Shown one piece after another: positions 1-9,519 of a DNA stretch of 64,000 nt. Origin of the DNA: a virus; IMG/VR virus record IMGVR_UViG_3300042549_002989, positions 5,195 to 69,194 of that record; one strand, given 5' to 3'. Under the pieces are notes generated by a model. It was not told the DNA's origin and ran no database searches. It saw only the letters and a program-made list of their open reading frames with translations. The translations under genes were made by a program, and so were the position numbers. Within the stretch, counting starts at the first letter, position 1. Each line of letters starts with the position of its first letter.

Positions 1-1
1 T

Positions 2-313
2 GAGGTTTTACCCATCTCGTCTGATTCAAAGGCTCAGAACGAGCGCTGGGTGCATCTGACGGAACTTATTCAAAGAGACCAATTGATTCTTCCAGGACAT
101 TCTAAGGCTCGCCGTACTCGTACATGGAAGCGTTTTAACCAGCAGATGTCTGACCTTGAAAAAATCTATAAAGGACCGTACTTATTAGCGGCGGCTCCTA
201 ACGAGCGTGGTGCATTTGACGACTATCCAGATTCTTTGGCTATTGCCTGTTCTTTGACAGTTATGGACACAATGCCACAGGTGCAAGCGTCCAATAGCCC
301 GTTTTTCAGATAG
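2..313 (+). CDS. Terminase large subunit, C-terminal nuclease end (partial, runs off window)
   Basis: Frame open from the window edge; GAFDDYPDSLAIA matches the C-terminal DD..D..A motif of TerL RNase H-like domains; lies upstream of portal. Confidence 0.75.
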   Translation, partial: EVLPISSDSKAQNERWVHLTELIQRDQLILPGHSKARRTRTWKRFNQQMSDLEKIYKGPYLLAAAPNERGAFDDYPDSLAIACSLTVMDTMPQVQASNSPFFR

Positions 314-326
314 ACCCTTTAAAAAA

Positions 327-335
327 TGGTATTCT
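327..335 (+). promoter_or_regulatory. Extended -10 promoter (TGgTATTCT)
   Basis: TG-N-TANNNT in the intergenic gap, followed by GGAGG SD before the GTG at 375. Confidence 0.45.
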
Positions 336-374
336 TGTAGAAAGTCAATACCCCTTTTATGGAGGAATAACAAA

Positions 375-776
375 GTGCCAGTTTCACCAGTTCCAATGTT
401 CCCAGAGCGTGGAGAACATATTTTTGAGCGTGGGTTTGCTCCAAGCATTCCAATGAACAAAGGTCCTCTTCGTTTTGAAGAGGGAATCGCCACCGATACC
501 GATGTCCCTAATGATTTCGCTCAAGGTGCATACATGGACACCGCTCCATCTCCAATGCGTATGAACCACAACAACCCTGAGATGTTCTACAAGCATGCAG
601 AGCAGACAATGCAGGAGCGTGCCCATGTGGGTGCAGCATCTTGGATTGAGGCTCCTACTGTTCTCAGCGAGTTTGTTCAAGGTTCAGTTGCAGGCGACTC
701 AATGCCATACTTTGAGTACGAGTACAACACGGGTGGACACATGAACCGTCCGAACCCAACTGTCGTTTACGACTGA
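375..776 (+). CDS. Hypothetical protein, possibly virion-associated
   Basis: 133 aa ORF with strong GGAGG SD, in the head gene region. Confidence 0.7.
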   Translation: MPVSPVPMFPERGEHIFERGFAPSIPMNKGPLRFEEGIATDTDVPNDFAQGAYMDTAPSPMRMNHNNPEMFYKHAEQTMQERAHVGAASWIEAPTVLSEFVQGSVAGDSMPYFEYEYNTGGHMNRPNPTVVYD

Positions 777-781
777 TACTC

Positions 782-1222
782 GTGGAGGGCGCATCAAACA
801 GCGCTCCTGCACAGGACAGTAGCGGTCCTACCTCTACGGCTAGTATGCCTATTGCTCCTGTGTATGCAGGAGCCATGGTCTCTTATAACTTCTCACCTGT
901 TTTGCGTACCAGCAAAAAAGAGTTTATGAGTGAACAATTTTATCAACGACCCGAATATGGGACTGATTACCCTAGCCCATTTGTTCCTACACCAATGGGT
1001 CCTCGTGGTGGTATTGATGTTCAGCGCCATATGTCTGGAATTGGTATCCCTTACACCGATCCTTTAGACAACTTCAAACCAGGTCGTCTGGACATTGATA
1101 AGAAGCAACAGCCAGTGCGCCGTCCTTCCCGACCAGTTGACTCTAGTCGCCAGCGTAAGCGTGGTTCTGCCGCTTATCGTAAGGTAAATAAAGAAAACGC
1201 TGATTACGGTCAGGAAATGTAA
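782..1222 (+). CDS. Hypothetical low-complexity protein
   Basis: 146 aa ORF; TAATG coupling to the next gene; start uncertain. Confidence 0.6.
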   Translation: MEGASNSAPAQDSSGPTSTASMPIAPVYAGAMVSYNFSPVLRTSKKEFMSEQFYQRPEYGTDYPSPFVPTPMGPRGGIDVQRHMSGIGIPYTDPLDNFKPGRLDIDKKQQPVRRPSRPVDSSRQRKRGSAAYRKVNKENADYGQEM

Positions 1223-2100
1223 TGGCTCGTAAAACTGAAAGTGGATTAGTTGTTTCAGATGAAATGGGACTTTCTTATACTCCACAAACTATGCCTACAT
1301 CGGCCTTTAGTCATGCATTTCCAAAAGAACCACATACAAATCCTGAAACTGGTAGGACTACCCAACGCAACAGTATGACGCCTGATTGGGACGCTCTCAT
1401 GCGTAGCCCAGAAGTTAGAAGGGGTGCAGAAAATTTAGTTGGACTTTATTCCACTGCTGTTAAAAATCCTGAAATGCTTCAGCAAGGCCGTGAATACTAT
1501 CCAAAAGAAAATAGACGACTTACACATATTGGTGAACAGTTTAATGAAGTTCGTGCAAAGCGGGGACTACAAACATACTCAGAAGATGACCCTGCCGTTG
1601 CTGGTCTTCTTTTAGCAGGTGCTTTTAGTCAAAATAACACAGAAGCAAACAGAGAACGACTTATTGATAAAACTATTACTACTGGTGATGTTGCAGCACA
1701 CTTGGGTACAGAAACTATAAATAATGCAATTAAAACAGGCACTCACGCCATGGATGTTTTTGCAAATATGGGTCAAAATCAAGGCTTAAAACTATACGAT
1801 TACAGTGGTTCTATATACCACCCAGGAGCATGGCGTGGAGATTGGCGTGGAGTTAATCGTGGTCCTGGATATACAATTGATCGTCATCAACACGATGCTG
1901 TCATGGGTCAACCAATGGGTGACTTTCAAAGACCACTTTCTAGTAGTGGAACTAATGCTCGCCGTTATCGTTCTTTTCAAGCGGCTCACCTATTAGCACA
2001 CCATGGTCCTGGTGGCGCAGAAGAATTGTATGGTCATGGAGATTCTCCTGATACATTCCAAGCCATCACATGGGGACCTTGGCGTGGAGGTTATACCTGA
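1222..2100 (+). CDS. Hypothetical phage protein with glycosylase/HhH-like C-terminal motifs
   Basis: YTIDRH...RRY...A....FQAITW pattern recalls a widespread phage family with VTIDxH/QAxxW motifs. Confidence 0.55.
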   Translation: MARKTESGLVVSDEMGLSYTPQTMPTSAFSHAFPKEPHTNPETGRTTQRNSMTPDWDALMRSPEVRRGAENLVGLYSTAVKNPEMLQQGREYYPKENRRLTHIGEQFNEVRAKRGLQTYSEDDPAVAGLLLAGAFSQNNTEANRERLIDKTITTGDVAAHLGTETINNAIKTGTHAMDVFANMGQNQGLKLYDYSGSIYHPGAWRGDWRGVNRGPGYTIDRHQHDAVMGQPMGDFQRPLSSSGTNARRYRSFQAAHLLAHHGPGGAEELYGHGDSPDTFQAITWGPWRGGYT

Positions 2101-2101
2101 T

Positions 2102-2311
2102 ATGGACCCAGCAATCGCTTCTATCATTGTCGCCGTTATTGGTGCATTTGTAACTCTTGTAGGTATTGCAATTAAAGAGTTTAAATCAATGAAACAAACT
2201 AACAGTGTTGACCACGATCAAGTAATGCACAGATTGGACAAAGTGCAGTCCAGTGTTGACCATGTAGGTGTGCGTCTTGACGACCATATTGATTGGCATT
2301 TGACGAAGTAG
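2102..2311 (+). CDS. Small single-TM protein with coiled-coil tail (lysis-accessory/holin-like)
   Basis: MDPAIASIIVAVIGAFVTLVGIAI hydrophobic helix, then RLDDHIDWH; GGAGG SD. Confidence 0.65.
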   Translation: MDPAIASIIVAVIGAFVTLVGIAIKEFKSMKQTNSVDHDQVMHRLDKVQSSVDHVGVRLDDHIDWHLTK

Positions 2312-2396
2312 GGTCTTAGCATTGTGCGTCAGTTCATGCTACGATGCACAATAAGTTCTTGAATAGAACTTTGCATAGATACCCCAGGGAGTCAAG

Positions 2397-2690
2397 ATGA
2401 CAAACAAAGACAAAAGGTCTTTGTATGACGATTTGATGGCACCTCGCTTGAACGCTAACCAAGTTCATTGCAAGTTGTCCGTCATGATGTCAGACATGGA
2501 AGAAAAAGATATTGAGGCTCTTAATAAAGCCATTGAATTGATTAAAGCCGATAGAGGTCAAGGTCGTTCAAAAACTTACAGTGCGTCATGGCTCACACAA
2601 AACTTGCGTAAGCACGGTCATTCCGTCAGCATCAGTACAATTCAACGACACATAAATGGAGAGTGCCCTTGTGAGCGACTTGGCGAGTGA
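2397..2690 (+). CDS. Small HTH-like DNA-binding protein
   Basis: SASWLTQNLRKHGHSVSISTIQRHINGECPC helix-turn-helix-like pattern with a CxC end. Confidence 0.55.
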   Translation: MTNKDKRSLYDDLMAPRLNANQVHCKLSVMMSDMEEKDIEALNKAIELIKADRGQGRSKTYSASWLTQNLRKHGHSVSISTIQRHINGECPCERLGE

Positions 2691-3819
2691 TCTTAATAAA
2701 CCAGCAAACAATGCGAAGGCTCTTGGTAAGTTGCTTGAAGTATTAGAACGACAAAACATTGATATCAATGAAATTGGTTCTGTCAAGCGTGTATCTATTT
2801 ACCAATCTTTAACAAAAGATGCTGACGGTGAAGCACAAATACATGACTTAAGTGCTATTCAGTTCTCACCCAAGTGGGCAGAAGGTCCTGAATGGAATCC
2901 TGTTCATCAGGGACCAGCAGTTAAGTTGCCACCTGTAAAAGTTACAAAAAGTAACAAGCAAACAGAATGGAACACAGCAGTAGTTCTTCCTGATATGCAG
3001 ATTGGTTATTTCCGTAACTCACACGGTGAGTTAGAGCCGATACATGATGAAGCGGCTATTGACATTTGTATTGCAATGATTAAGGATTTGAAGCCTGAAA
3101 AAGTTGTTATGCATGGTGACAACTTGGATTTTGCTGAGTTTGGTAAATACCGACTTAGTCCTGCTTATGCATTGACGACTCAAAAGTCCATTGATTACGC
3201 CACTATTTTGTGTGCTCGCCTTCGTGCAGTAGCACCTGATGCTGAAATTGTTTGGCTTGCAGGTAACCACGAAGAACGACTTGTTAACTACACATTGGAC
3301 AATGCTAAGGCTTCGTTTGGTCTGAGGCGTGGAGACACCCCAGATAACTGGCCTGTGTTATCTGTTCCATTCTTGTGTCGTTTTGATGACTTTAATGTTA
3401 AGTATGTTCCTGGCTACCCTGCTGGTTACTACTGGATTAACCAGAAGTTGAAAGTTATCCACGGTACTCGTGTTAAGAGCAATGGCTCTACAGCACACAT
3501 GTATTTGGCTAATGAGAAGACATCAGTTCTTTATGGACATATTCATCGCCGTGAATGGGCTGAAGTAACTCGTGAAGACTACGATGGTCGCAAAACTATT
3601 CTTGCCGCCTCCGCTGGTTGTCTTGCTCGTGTAGATGGTGTTGTACCTTCCACTAAGGGTGGTATTGACCTTGATGGTCGTCCAATGACTATCACTGAGA
3701 ATTGGCAACAAGGTCTCTGTGTGGTGACATACAAAGACGGTGACGCCGAATTCAATCTTGAGATGATCCCTATTCGTGATGGTTGGGCGATGTACCACAA
3801 CAAGGAATACAAAGCATAA
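2656..3819 (+). CDS. Calcineurin-like metallophosphoesterase
   Basis: PDMQ, GDNLD, GNHE, IHG and GHIH motifs in canonical order. Confidence 0.85.
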   Translation: MESALVSDLASDLNKPANNAKALGKLLEVLERQNIDINEIGSVKRVSIYQSLTKDADGEAQIHDLSAIQFSPKWAEGPEWNPVHQGPAVKLPPVKVTKSNKQTEWNTAVVLPDMQIGYFRNSHGELEPIHDEAAIDICIAMIKDLKPEKVVMHGDNLDFAEFGKYRLSPAYALTTQKSIDYATILCARLRAVAPDAEIVWLAGNHEERLVNYTLDNAKASFGLRRGDTPDNWPVLSVPFLCRFDDFNVKYVPGYPAGYYWINQKLKVIHGTRVKSNGSTAHMYLANEKTSVLYGHIHRREWAEVTREDYDGRKTILAASAGCLARVDGVVPSTKGGIDLDGRPMTITENWQQGLCVVTYKDGDAEFNLEMIPIRDGWAMYHNKEYKA

Positions 3820-4436
3820 TGACAACTATCGTAGGTATTCAGGGTGACAACTACGCTGTTATTTGTACTGACAGTCGTATATCGTCTTTTGACGAATCAG
3901 GTATGGCATATCAAGTAACTACACTTGGGGCAGGTTCTAGCAAGATTGCCGCAAATGGTAAATACATTCTTGGAGCCGCAGGTGATGTGAGAGCCATCAA
4001 CATCCTTCATCACGCTTTCACACCACCTCCTCCACCCTTGCATGCCTACGGTAAAAAGTTAGACCAGTTCATTACCCGACAGTTCATCCCAGCATTACGA
4101 ACTTGCTTTGACGAACAGGGGTACTCCGTCCCAGAGCGTGAAGGATCTGAGCATATGGCTGAACATGGGTCCACCATTATTTTGGTGGTTCATGGAACCC
4201 TCTATATTATTGACGGAGACTACTCGTGGACATCGGACACGGCTGGAATCTATGCCATTGGTACAGGGTCTTCCTATGCTCTTGGTGCCCTACAGACCCT
4301 TGCAGGGGGTAAGAAACTGAGTGCGCAACAGGCAAAAACTATTGCTAACAAGGCTCTTGCTGTAGCCAGCAAATTTGACCCATATACGGGTTCACCCTTC
4401 CAAGCCTTTACGCAAGAACGAGAAGTAAAAAAATAG
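3819..4436 (+). CDS. Ntn-hydrolase, proteasome beta-subunit/HslV-like peptidase
   Basis: ATG at 3819 (TAATG overlap) gives MTTIVGI..; DSR, K and GAAG motifs and AIGTGSSYALGAL match the Thr1 protease fold. Confidence 0.85.
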   Translation: MTTIVGIQGDNYAVICTDSRISSFDESGMAYQVTTLGAGSSKIAANGKYILGAAGDVRAINILHHAFTPPPPPLHAYGKKLDQFITRQFIPALRTCFDEQGYSVPEREGSEHMAEHGSTIILVVHGTLYIIDGDYSWTSDTAGIYAIGTGSSYALGALQTLAGGKKLSAQQAKTIANKALAVASKFDPYTGSPFQAFTQEREVKK

Positions 4437-4467
4437 TATCATTAAGTGACCCATTTAAGGAGCACTA

Positions 4468-4791
4468 ATGGCTACAAAGAACCAGCAGGTCGCAGACCAG
4501 ACTCTAAAAGGTGCCGTTGTCGGCGCACTTTCGTTTTTTCTTGCTAAGGCAAATATTGACCCAGGCGCACAGGCTGCAATCATGCCTCTTGTTATCACAG
4601 GTCTTGCCTATGCAAGCACCATGATCGGTGACAGGGGTACAGCAAACTTTCTTGCCAAGGCTTCGGAAGAACTTCCAGAACTTGTAGAAGAAGTTCAGGC
4701 AGAAGTGGCTAAAAAGAAAGCCACTGCTAAAAAGGCTTCTGCTAAGAAAGTGGCTCCTGCTAAGAAAGCGGCTTCAAAGGCTGGCAATTAA
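4468..4791 (+). CDS. Membrane protein with Lys/Ala-rich histone-like tail (holin-like)
   Basis: Two hydrophobic segments, then KKATAKKASAKKVAPAKK. Confidence 0.55.
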   Translation: MATKNQQVADQTLKGAVVGALSFFLAKANIDPGAQAAIMPLVITGLAYASTMIGDRGTANFLAKASEELPELVEEVQAEVAKKKATAKKASAKKVAPAKKAASKAGN

Positions 4792-5471
4792 TGCCCGCTG
4801 ATGAAATTGTTAATCCTGACAGTTTTGAATACAACAAGGTTAACAAGGTTAACCCTAGCACAGTAGCCGAAACTACCAAAAAATATGGTGGGTCTACTAC
4901 TTTTGCATTAACAGGTGAGCCTGCTGAATCGGGAACTTCTGTATCACTTGGTGGCTTTGAAGACCGTGTTCCTGTAGATGACTTTGGTGTGAGTGATGTT
5001 ACCCGCTATATGCATACTCCAGAACACCACGCCGCTTTGACAGGCCGTCCACATAGAGCACTTGGCACTTGGATTGACGAAGACGAGAACGAAACTCCAC
5101 AGGTTTTCCTAGATGTTTCTAAAGTGTACCCAGAAACTTCTCAAGGAAACAAGGAAGCCCGTGGTGCTACTGTTGCTGGGAATCAGATGGGTAATTTTAA
5201 CCTTCGTACATTTACTACTGAATATAACCCATTACACCCCGATGTACTAAAGCGTGCAGGTGGTAATGTGGAGTTACAACCAGGTGAAGCAGAACGATAT
5301 ACTACTTCTGACGCACCTATTGGTGATGAAGTAGTATTTGGAAACACAACAGAACGACAAACTTTTTCCCGTGGTCGTGGTAAGAAAAAGGCAGTGGTGC
5401 CAGCAGGTCAAGGAAACTTTATTTTTCTTGGAACTGGTAGTCAATTGAAACCACCACCAAAGAAAAAGTAG
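4791..5471 (+). CDS. Hypothetical protein (LGTW...FLDVS...Q motif)
   Basis: 226 aa ORF, TAATG-coupled. Confidence 0.6.
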   Translation: MPADEIVNPDSFEYNKVNKVNPSTVAETTKKYGGSTTFALTGEPAESGTSVSLGGFEDRVPVDDFGVSDVTRYMHTPEHHAALTGRPHRALGTWIDEDENETPQVFLDVSKVYPETSQGNKEARGATVAGNQMGNFNLRTFTTEYNPLHPDVLKRAGGNVELQPGEAERYTTSDAPIGDEVVFGNTTERQTFSRGRGKKKAVVPAGQGNFIFLGTGSQLKPPPKKK

Positions 5472-5484
5472 TAAGGTCTAACTT

Positions 5485-7173
5485 ATGGCAATGGACTTTT
5501 GGTCCCCATCTTATAGAGCGGCATCTAGCGACCTTACAGTTGCTATTTCTCCTCTTGGATTGGTAGAACTCGCAGACGAAGAATTTGAGGTTCATGGCCC
5601 ACGCCTGAACCGTTACTCTGCGGCATGGGCTTGGTACCTTGGTCACCACTGGTCATATCGCCGTGAGATGGGTGAATCTCAGTTCTACATGAACTATGTC
5701 CGTGTAATGTCGGACTACATCACCAACTTCTGCTTTGGTAAAGGTATTCAATTCCGTTGTCCTGAGCAAAATGCCGCAATTATTCCACATCTATTGGCTC
5801 AAGTATGGGAAAACCATAACTCAAAGCATTATGTTCTTTGGGAAATGGGTCAATTAGCATCTGTAACTGGTGACTGTTTTGTCAAAGTTGCTTATGAAGA
5901 GCCTTATGTGGACTCCGTAGGTGTTCCCATTGAAGGAAGAATTCGTATTATTCCTTTGAACCCAGCGCATTGTTTTCCTGAGTATCACCCACATGACCGT
6001 GATCGTTTGTTGCGCTTTAAACTTAAATACCGTTTCTGGGGTACCTCTCCTGAAGGAACTCGTCAGGTATATACCTTCACTGAAATCCTTTCTGACGACA
6101 TGATTCAACAGTTCATCAATGACGAATTGATTGACCAATATCCAAATGCTTTGGGCACAATTCCTGTTGTACATATTCCAAATACTTCTATCTCATCATC
6201 TCCTTGGGGTCAGTCAGACATCTGGGACATCATCCCATTGAACCGTGAACTTAACGAAAAGATGGTTGAAGTTTCTGACATCATCAACTACCACGCCGCA
6301 CCTGTCACTATCATCACTGGTGCTAAGGCTTCCCAGTTGGAGCGTGGACCTAAAAAAGTGTGGGCAGGTCTTCCTAAAGATGCCAGCGTTTTCAACCTTG
6401 AGTCTCGTGGTGAGATGTCAGGAGCCTTGGAGTACATCCAGTTCCTAAAGCGCACTATGCACGAAATGACTGGTGTTCCTGAAACTGCACTTGGTCAATT
6501 CCAGCCCGTGTCTAACACATCTGGCGTTGCTTTGGCTATTCAATACCAGCCAATGATGAACCGTTTTATGATGAAAAAGGTTCACTTTACTAAGGGTCTT
6601 GAGCGTGTCAACGAAATTGTTATCCGTACAGCGGCTGTATTTGAGCCACAAATGCTCCAGTACAACCCAAGCAAATCGGCTATGCCTGAGCGTGACCAAG
6701 CAACTCAATTAGATCCTGCTGACCCTTTGACCTATAAGACAACTGTCCACTGGCCTGAGCCATTGCCTGTTGACCAACTTATTAAACTCAATGAGGTTCA
6801 AGCAAAGATGGCACTTGGTTTGGAATCCAAGCGTGGTGCCTTGCGTATTCTTGGCGAAGAATTCCCGAATGAAAAGATGGACGAAATCTTTGAGGAATTG
6901 CAAGATGACGCTATGGATCAAGGCGCTCTTGACATGCTAAATGCTCAAATCCAGATGGCAGTAATGCTTGCCACTGGTATGGTTCCAGGACCTGACGGTC
7001 CTGAAATGACTTCGGCTGGAGGTGCTAGTGTATCTTCAGCAGGAGGCTCTCCTGATGGGGGACCAATGCCTGGTCCAGTCATTACCCCCCAAGAAGAGCA
7101 GATGGTAAATCAACTTGTAAGCAAGGCATACGGAGCAAGGTTCGCCCAGCGCCGTGTGCCTGACGAAGAATAA
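5485..7173 (+). CDS. Portal protein (SPP1 gp6-like)
   Basis: Size and position; PNALGTIPVVHIPN..WGQSDI and SNTSGVAL motifs typical of SPP1-type portals. Confidence 0.9.
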   Translation: MAMDFWSPSYRAASSDLTVAISPLGLVELADEEFEVHGPRLNRYSAAWAWYLGHHWSYRREMGESQFYMNYVRVMSDYITNFCFGKGIQFRCPEQNAAIIPHLLAQVWENHNSKHYVLWEMGQLASVTGDCFVKVAYEEPYVDSVGVPIEGRIRIIPLNPAHCFPEYHPHDRDRLLRFKLKYRFWGTSPEGTRQVYTFTEILSDDMIQQFINDELIDQYPNALGTIPVVHIPNTSISSSPWGQSDIWDIIPLNRELNEKMVEVSDIINYHAAPVTIITGAKASQLERGPKKVWAGLPKDASVFNLESRGEMSGALEYIQFLKRTMHEMTGVPETALGQFQPVSNTSGVALAIQYQPMMNRFMMKKVHFTKGLERVNEIVIRTAAVFEPQMLQYNPSKSAMPERDQATQLDPADPLTYKTTVHWPEPLPVDQLIKLNEVQAKMALGLESKRGALRILGEEFPNEKMDEIFEELQDDAMDQGALDMLNAQIQMAVMLATGMVPGPDGPEMTSAGGASVSSAGGSPDGGPMPGPVITPQEEQMVNQLVSKAYGARFAQRRVPDEE

Positions 7174-7227
7174 ATAGTCATATCAATTAAGACCCTAAAA
7201 GCCAAACTAACAAAGTAGGTAACACTC

Positions 7228-8031
7228 ATGGCAAAGAACAGTAGTCCCGAAGGGGACATTATTTCCGTCCCAATGGATGCTCCAATGGTGGAGCAATTTG
7301 TAGAAGACGCAATGTCTAAAACAAATGGAAAAGTATTTTCTGAGGACGATGTTGAAAACATCCGCAAACAGGAAAAAGACAAGATGTACAAGCGTCTTGA
7401 AGAAGCAGATACCCGTGTAAAAAGCATGGAAGAGCAAATGGCTGTTATTGCCGCAGAGCGTGAAGCCGCTCGCAAAGAAGCAGAATTGCGTGCCAACAAA
7501 GAGGCAGAAATCATCCGTCAGCGTGAAATTGACGAAATGAGCGCAAAAGAACTTCTTCTAAAGAAAGAAGACGAGTTCAATCAGCGCATTAACTCTGTTG
7601 AGGCAGAGTGGCAGGAACGCCTTAATGTCATTGAACAACAGCGCCAAGCACAGGAAGCACTTCTTGATAAAGAGCGCCAAATGCAGGCTTTGATCCATTA
7701 TCGCAACAACAGACTCCAAGCAGAGCAGGAAGCCATCATTCCTGAACTCATTGACTTGGTGTCAGGAAACAGCGAGGAAGAGATTGAGCAATCAATTGCT
7801 GTACTTCGTGAGCGTTCATCTGCTATTATTGAATCAATCCAACAAGCGACTGCGCAACAGCAAGGTCGTTTGCGGGGGGCGCCAGTAACGGCTCCTCCTG
7901 TTGGGCCAATGGAAACTCAGACGGAATATCAACAGTTAAATGCGGATGACATCCGCAATATGTCAATGGATCAGTATTCAAAAATGCGGGACAGGCTCCT
8001 AAATGCACGGTCTTCACGAGGCCGTTTCTAA
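7228..8031 (+). CDS. Capsid scaffolding protein
   Basis: Charged coiled coil between portal and capsid genes; ends IRNMSMDQYSKMRDRLL. Confidence 0.8.
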   Translation: MAKNSSPEGDIISVPMDAPMVEQFVEDAMSKTNGKVFSEDDVENIRKQEKDKMYKRLEEADTRVKSMEEQMAVIAAEREAARKEAELRANKEAEIIRQREIDEMSAKELLLKKEDEFNQRINSVEAEWQERLNVIEQQRQAQEALLDKERQMQALIHYRNNRLQAEQEAIIPELIDLVSGNSEEEIEQSIAVLRERSSAIIESIQQATAQQQGRLRGAPVTAPPVGPMETQTEYQQLNADDIRNMSMDQYSKMRDRLLNARSSRGRF

Positions 8032-8070
8032 AAACCCATACAAACCCCTATCCACGGAGGATAATAAATC

Positions 8071-9153
8071 ATGGCCCTTCCAGGTCCCGCAGGTGGTGCA
8101 GTAACAACGGCAGGTGCAACAAGTGCAACTGGCTATACCGTTGGAGGCACCGCTCTCTCCCCAGCAATCCAGACTATCTGGTCCAAAGAAATCCTTTTCC
8201 AAGCGATGCCAGTGCTTCGCTTTGAGCAGTTTGCCGTCAAGAAGACGGAACTGGGCGTTATGCCAGGTCTCACTATCAACTTCATGCGTTACAACAACCT
8301 TGCAACTGACGAATCAGCAGGCGCTGAATTGACAGAAGGTACCCGTATGGAGCCAGTGGCTTTGTCCGCTAGTCAAATCCAGATCACCGTTAAAGAGCAG
8401 GGTAAGGCAGTTTCGGTTACCGAACTTCTTCTCAACGCTTCGTTTGACGATGTTATGGCATCATCTTCTCGCCTTCTTGGTCGTCACATGGCACAGTCTA
8501 TGGACATCCAGGCTCGCAACACGCTTTACCAGGCTGGTGTTCCTTTTGGTGGCGGCGCTGCCGTTGCACCATCGGTTGTCTTCGGACGCACTGCTCCTTC
8601 TACTCGTGGTCCTCGTGCTCCTTATGAGTATGCAGCCGCTGGTAACTCAGGTGCTCCTGGCTACATGTCACCTGCAACCGTTAAGGACGCAGTTGAGATC
8701 TTGGCTAACCAGAACATCCCACGCCTTGGTGATACCTATGTGTGCTTCGTTCACCCATCACAGAGCCGTTCCATCCGTGACTGGCCAGAGTTCATTGAAG
8801 TAACGAAGTATGCCGCTCCAGGTAACTTCATGCTTGGTGAAATTGGTCGCTTGTACGATGTGGTCTTCATTGAAACCACTCAGGTCAAGTCAGGTCTCGG
8901 CAAGGTTGACTCCAACCCAGCAACAAGTACCCAAGACGCAGTTCTTAGCAACTCGTACTCATCCATCATGATCGGTGATAACGCCTTCGGACAAGCCATT
9001 GCATTGCCAGTGGAACTCCGTGACGGTGGAGTCATTGACTTTGGTCGTGAGCACGGCTTGTCATGGTACGCAATCTGGGGCTTCGGTGTAATCACACACG
9101 AATCTCGTGTCATCATCAACACCCTCGGTGGCGCCGTACCTGTTGCGGCCTAA
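8071..9153 (+). CDS. Major capsid protein (N4 gp56-like, HK97 fold)
   Basis: LTEG, YVCFVHP, GEIGRLYDVVFIET and DFGREHGLSWY motifs; strong SD. Confidence 0.9.
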   Translation: MALPGPAGGAVTTAGATSATGYTVGGTALSPAIQTIWSKEILFQAMPVLRFEQFAVKKTELGVMPGLTINFMRYNNLATDESAGAELTEGTRMEPVALSASQIQITVKEQGKAVSVTELLLNASFDDVMASSSRLLGRHMAQSMDIQARNTLYQAGVPFGGGAAVAPSVVFGRTAPSTRGPRAPYEYAAAGNSGAPGYMSPATVKDAVEILANQNIPRLGDTYVCFVHPSQSRSIRDWPEFIEVTKYAAPGNFMLGEIGRLYDVVFIETTQVKSGLGKVDSNPATSTQDAVLSNSYSSIMIGDNAFGQAIALPVELRDGGVIDFGREHGLSWYAIWGFGVITHESRVIINTLGGAVPVAA

Positions 9154-9164
9154 TCCACTACTAT

Positions 9165-9219
9165 AACTTCCTAGTGGGGGAACGGCGAAAGCCTAGTACC
9201 CCACTTTAAGTTGTTTTTC
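9165..9219 (+). terminator. Hairpin after the capsid gene with internal GAA/AGUA loop and GAAA tetraloop, then a U-rich tail
   Basis: AGTGGGG-GAAC-GGC-GAAA-GCC-TAGTA-CCCCACT followed by TTGTTTTT. Confidence 0.65.
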
Positions 9220-9242
9220 AATCACTACCAAAAGGAGTAGCC

Positions 9243-9512
9243 ATGGCTACAAAGAAAACAAATGTTACAACCACAGACATCTTCTCAGAGCCAGAGGAAA
9301 CAACCACAGAGGTTGTAGAGACAGAAGTACCTGCAAAGGCTTCTGTTGTCGCTCCTGGAGCACCTGAGTCCAAGAAAGGCCGTGTTAAAGGCACTTGGAA
9401 AATGTACTGGGGTCAAGACACTTTTGATTTTGAAGATGGGAAGACATACACGCTTCCTGTAGGTCTCTATGACCACCTCAAAAACCACGGGAACATCTAC
9501 GACACTCTTTAA
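9243..9512 (+). CDS. Small head-associated protein
   Basis: 89 aa, AGGAG SD, immediately after the capsid gene. Confidence 0.65.
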   Translation: MATKKTNVTTTDIFSEPEETTTEVVETEVPAKASVVAPGAPESKKGRVKGTWKMYWGQDTFDFEDGKTYTLPVGLYDHLKNHGNIYDTL

Positions 9513-9519
9513 GGAATAA

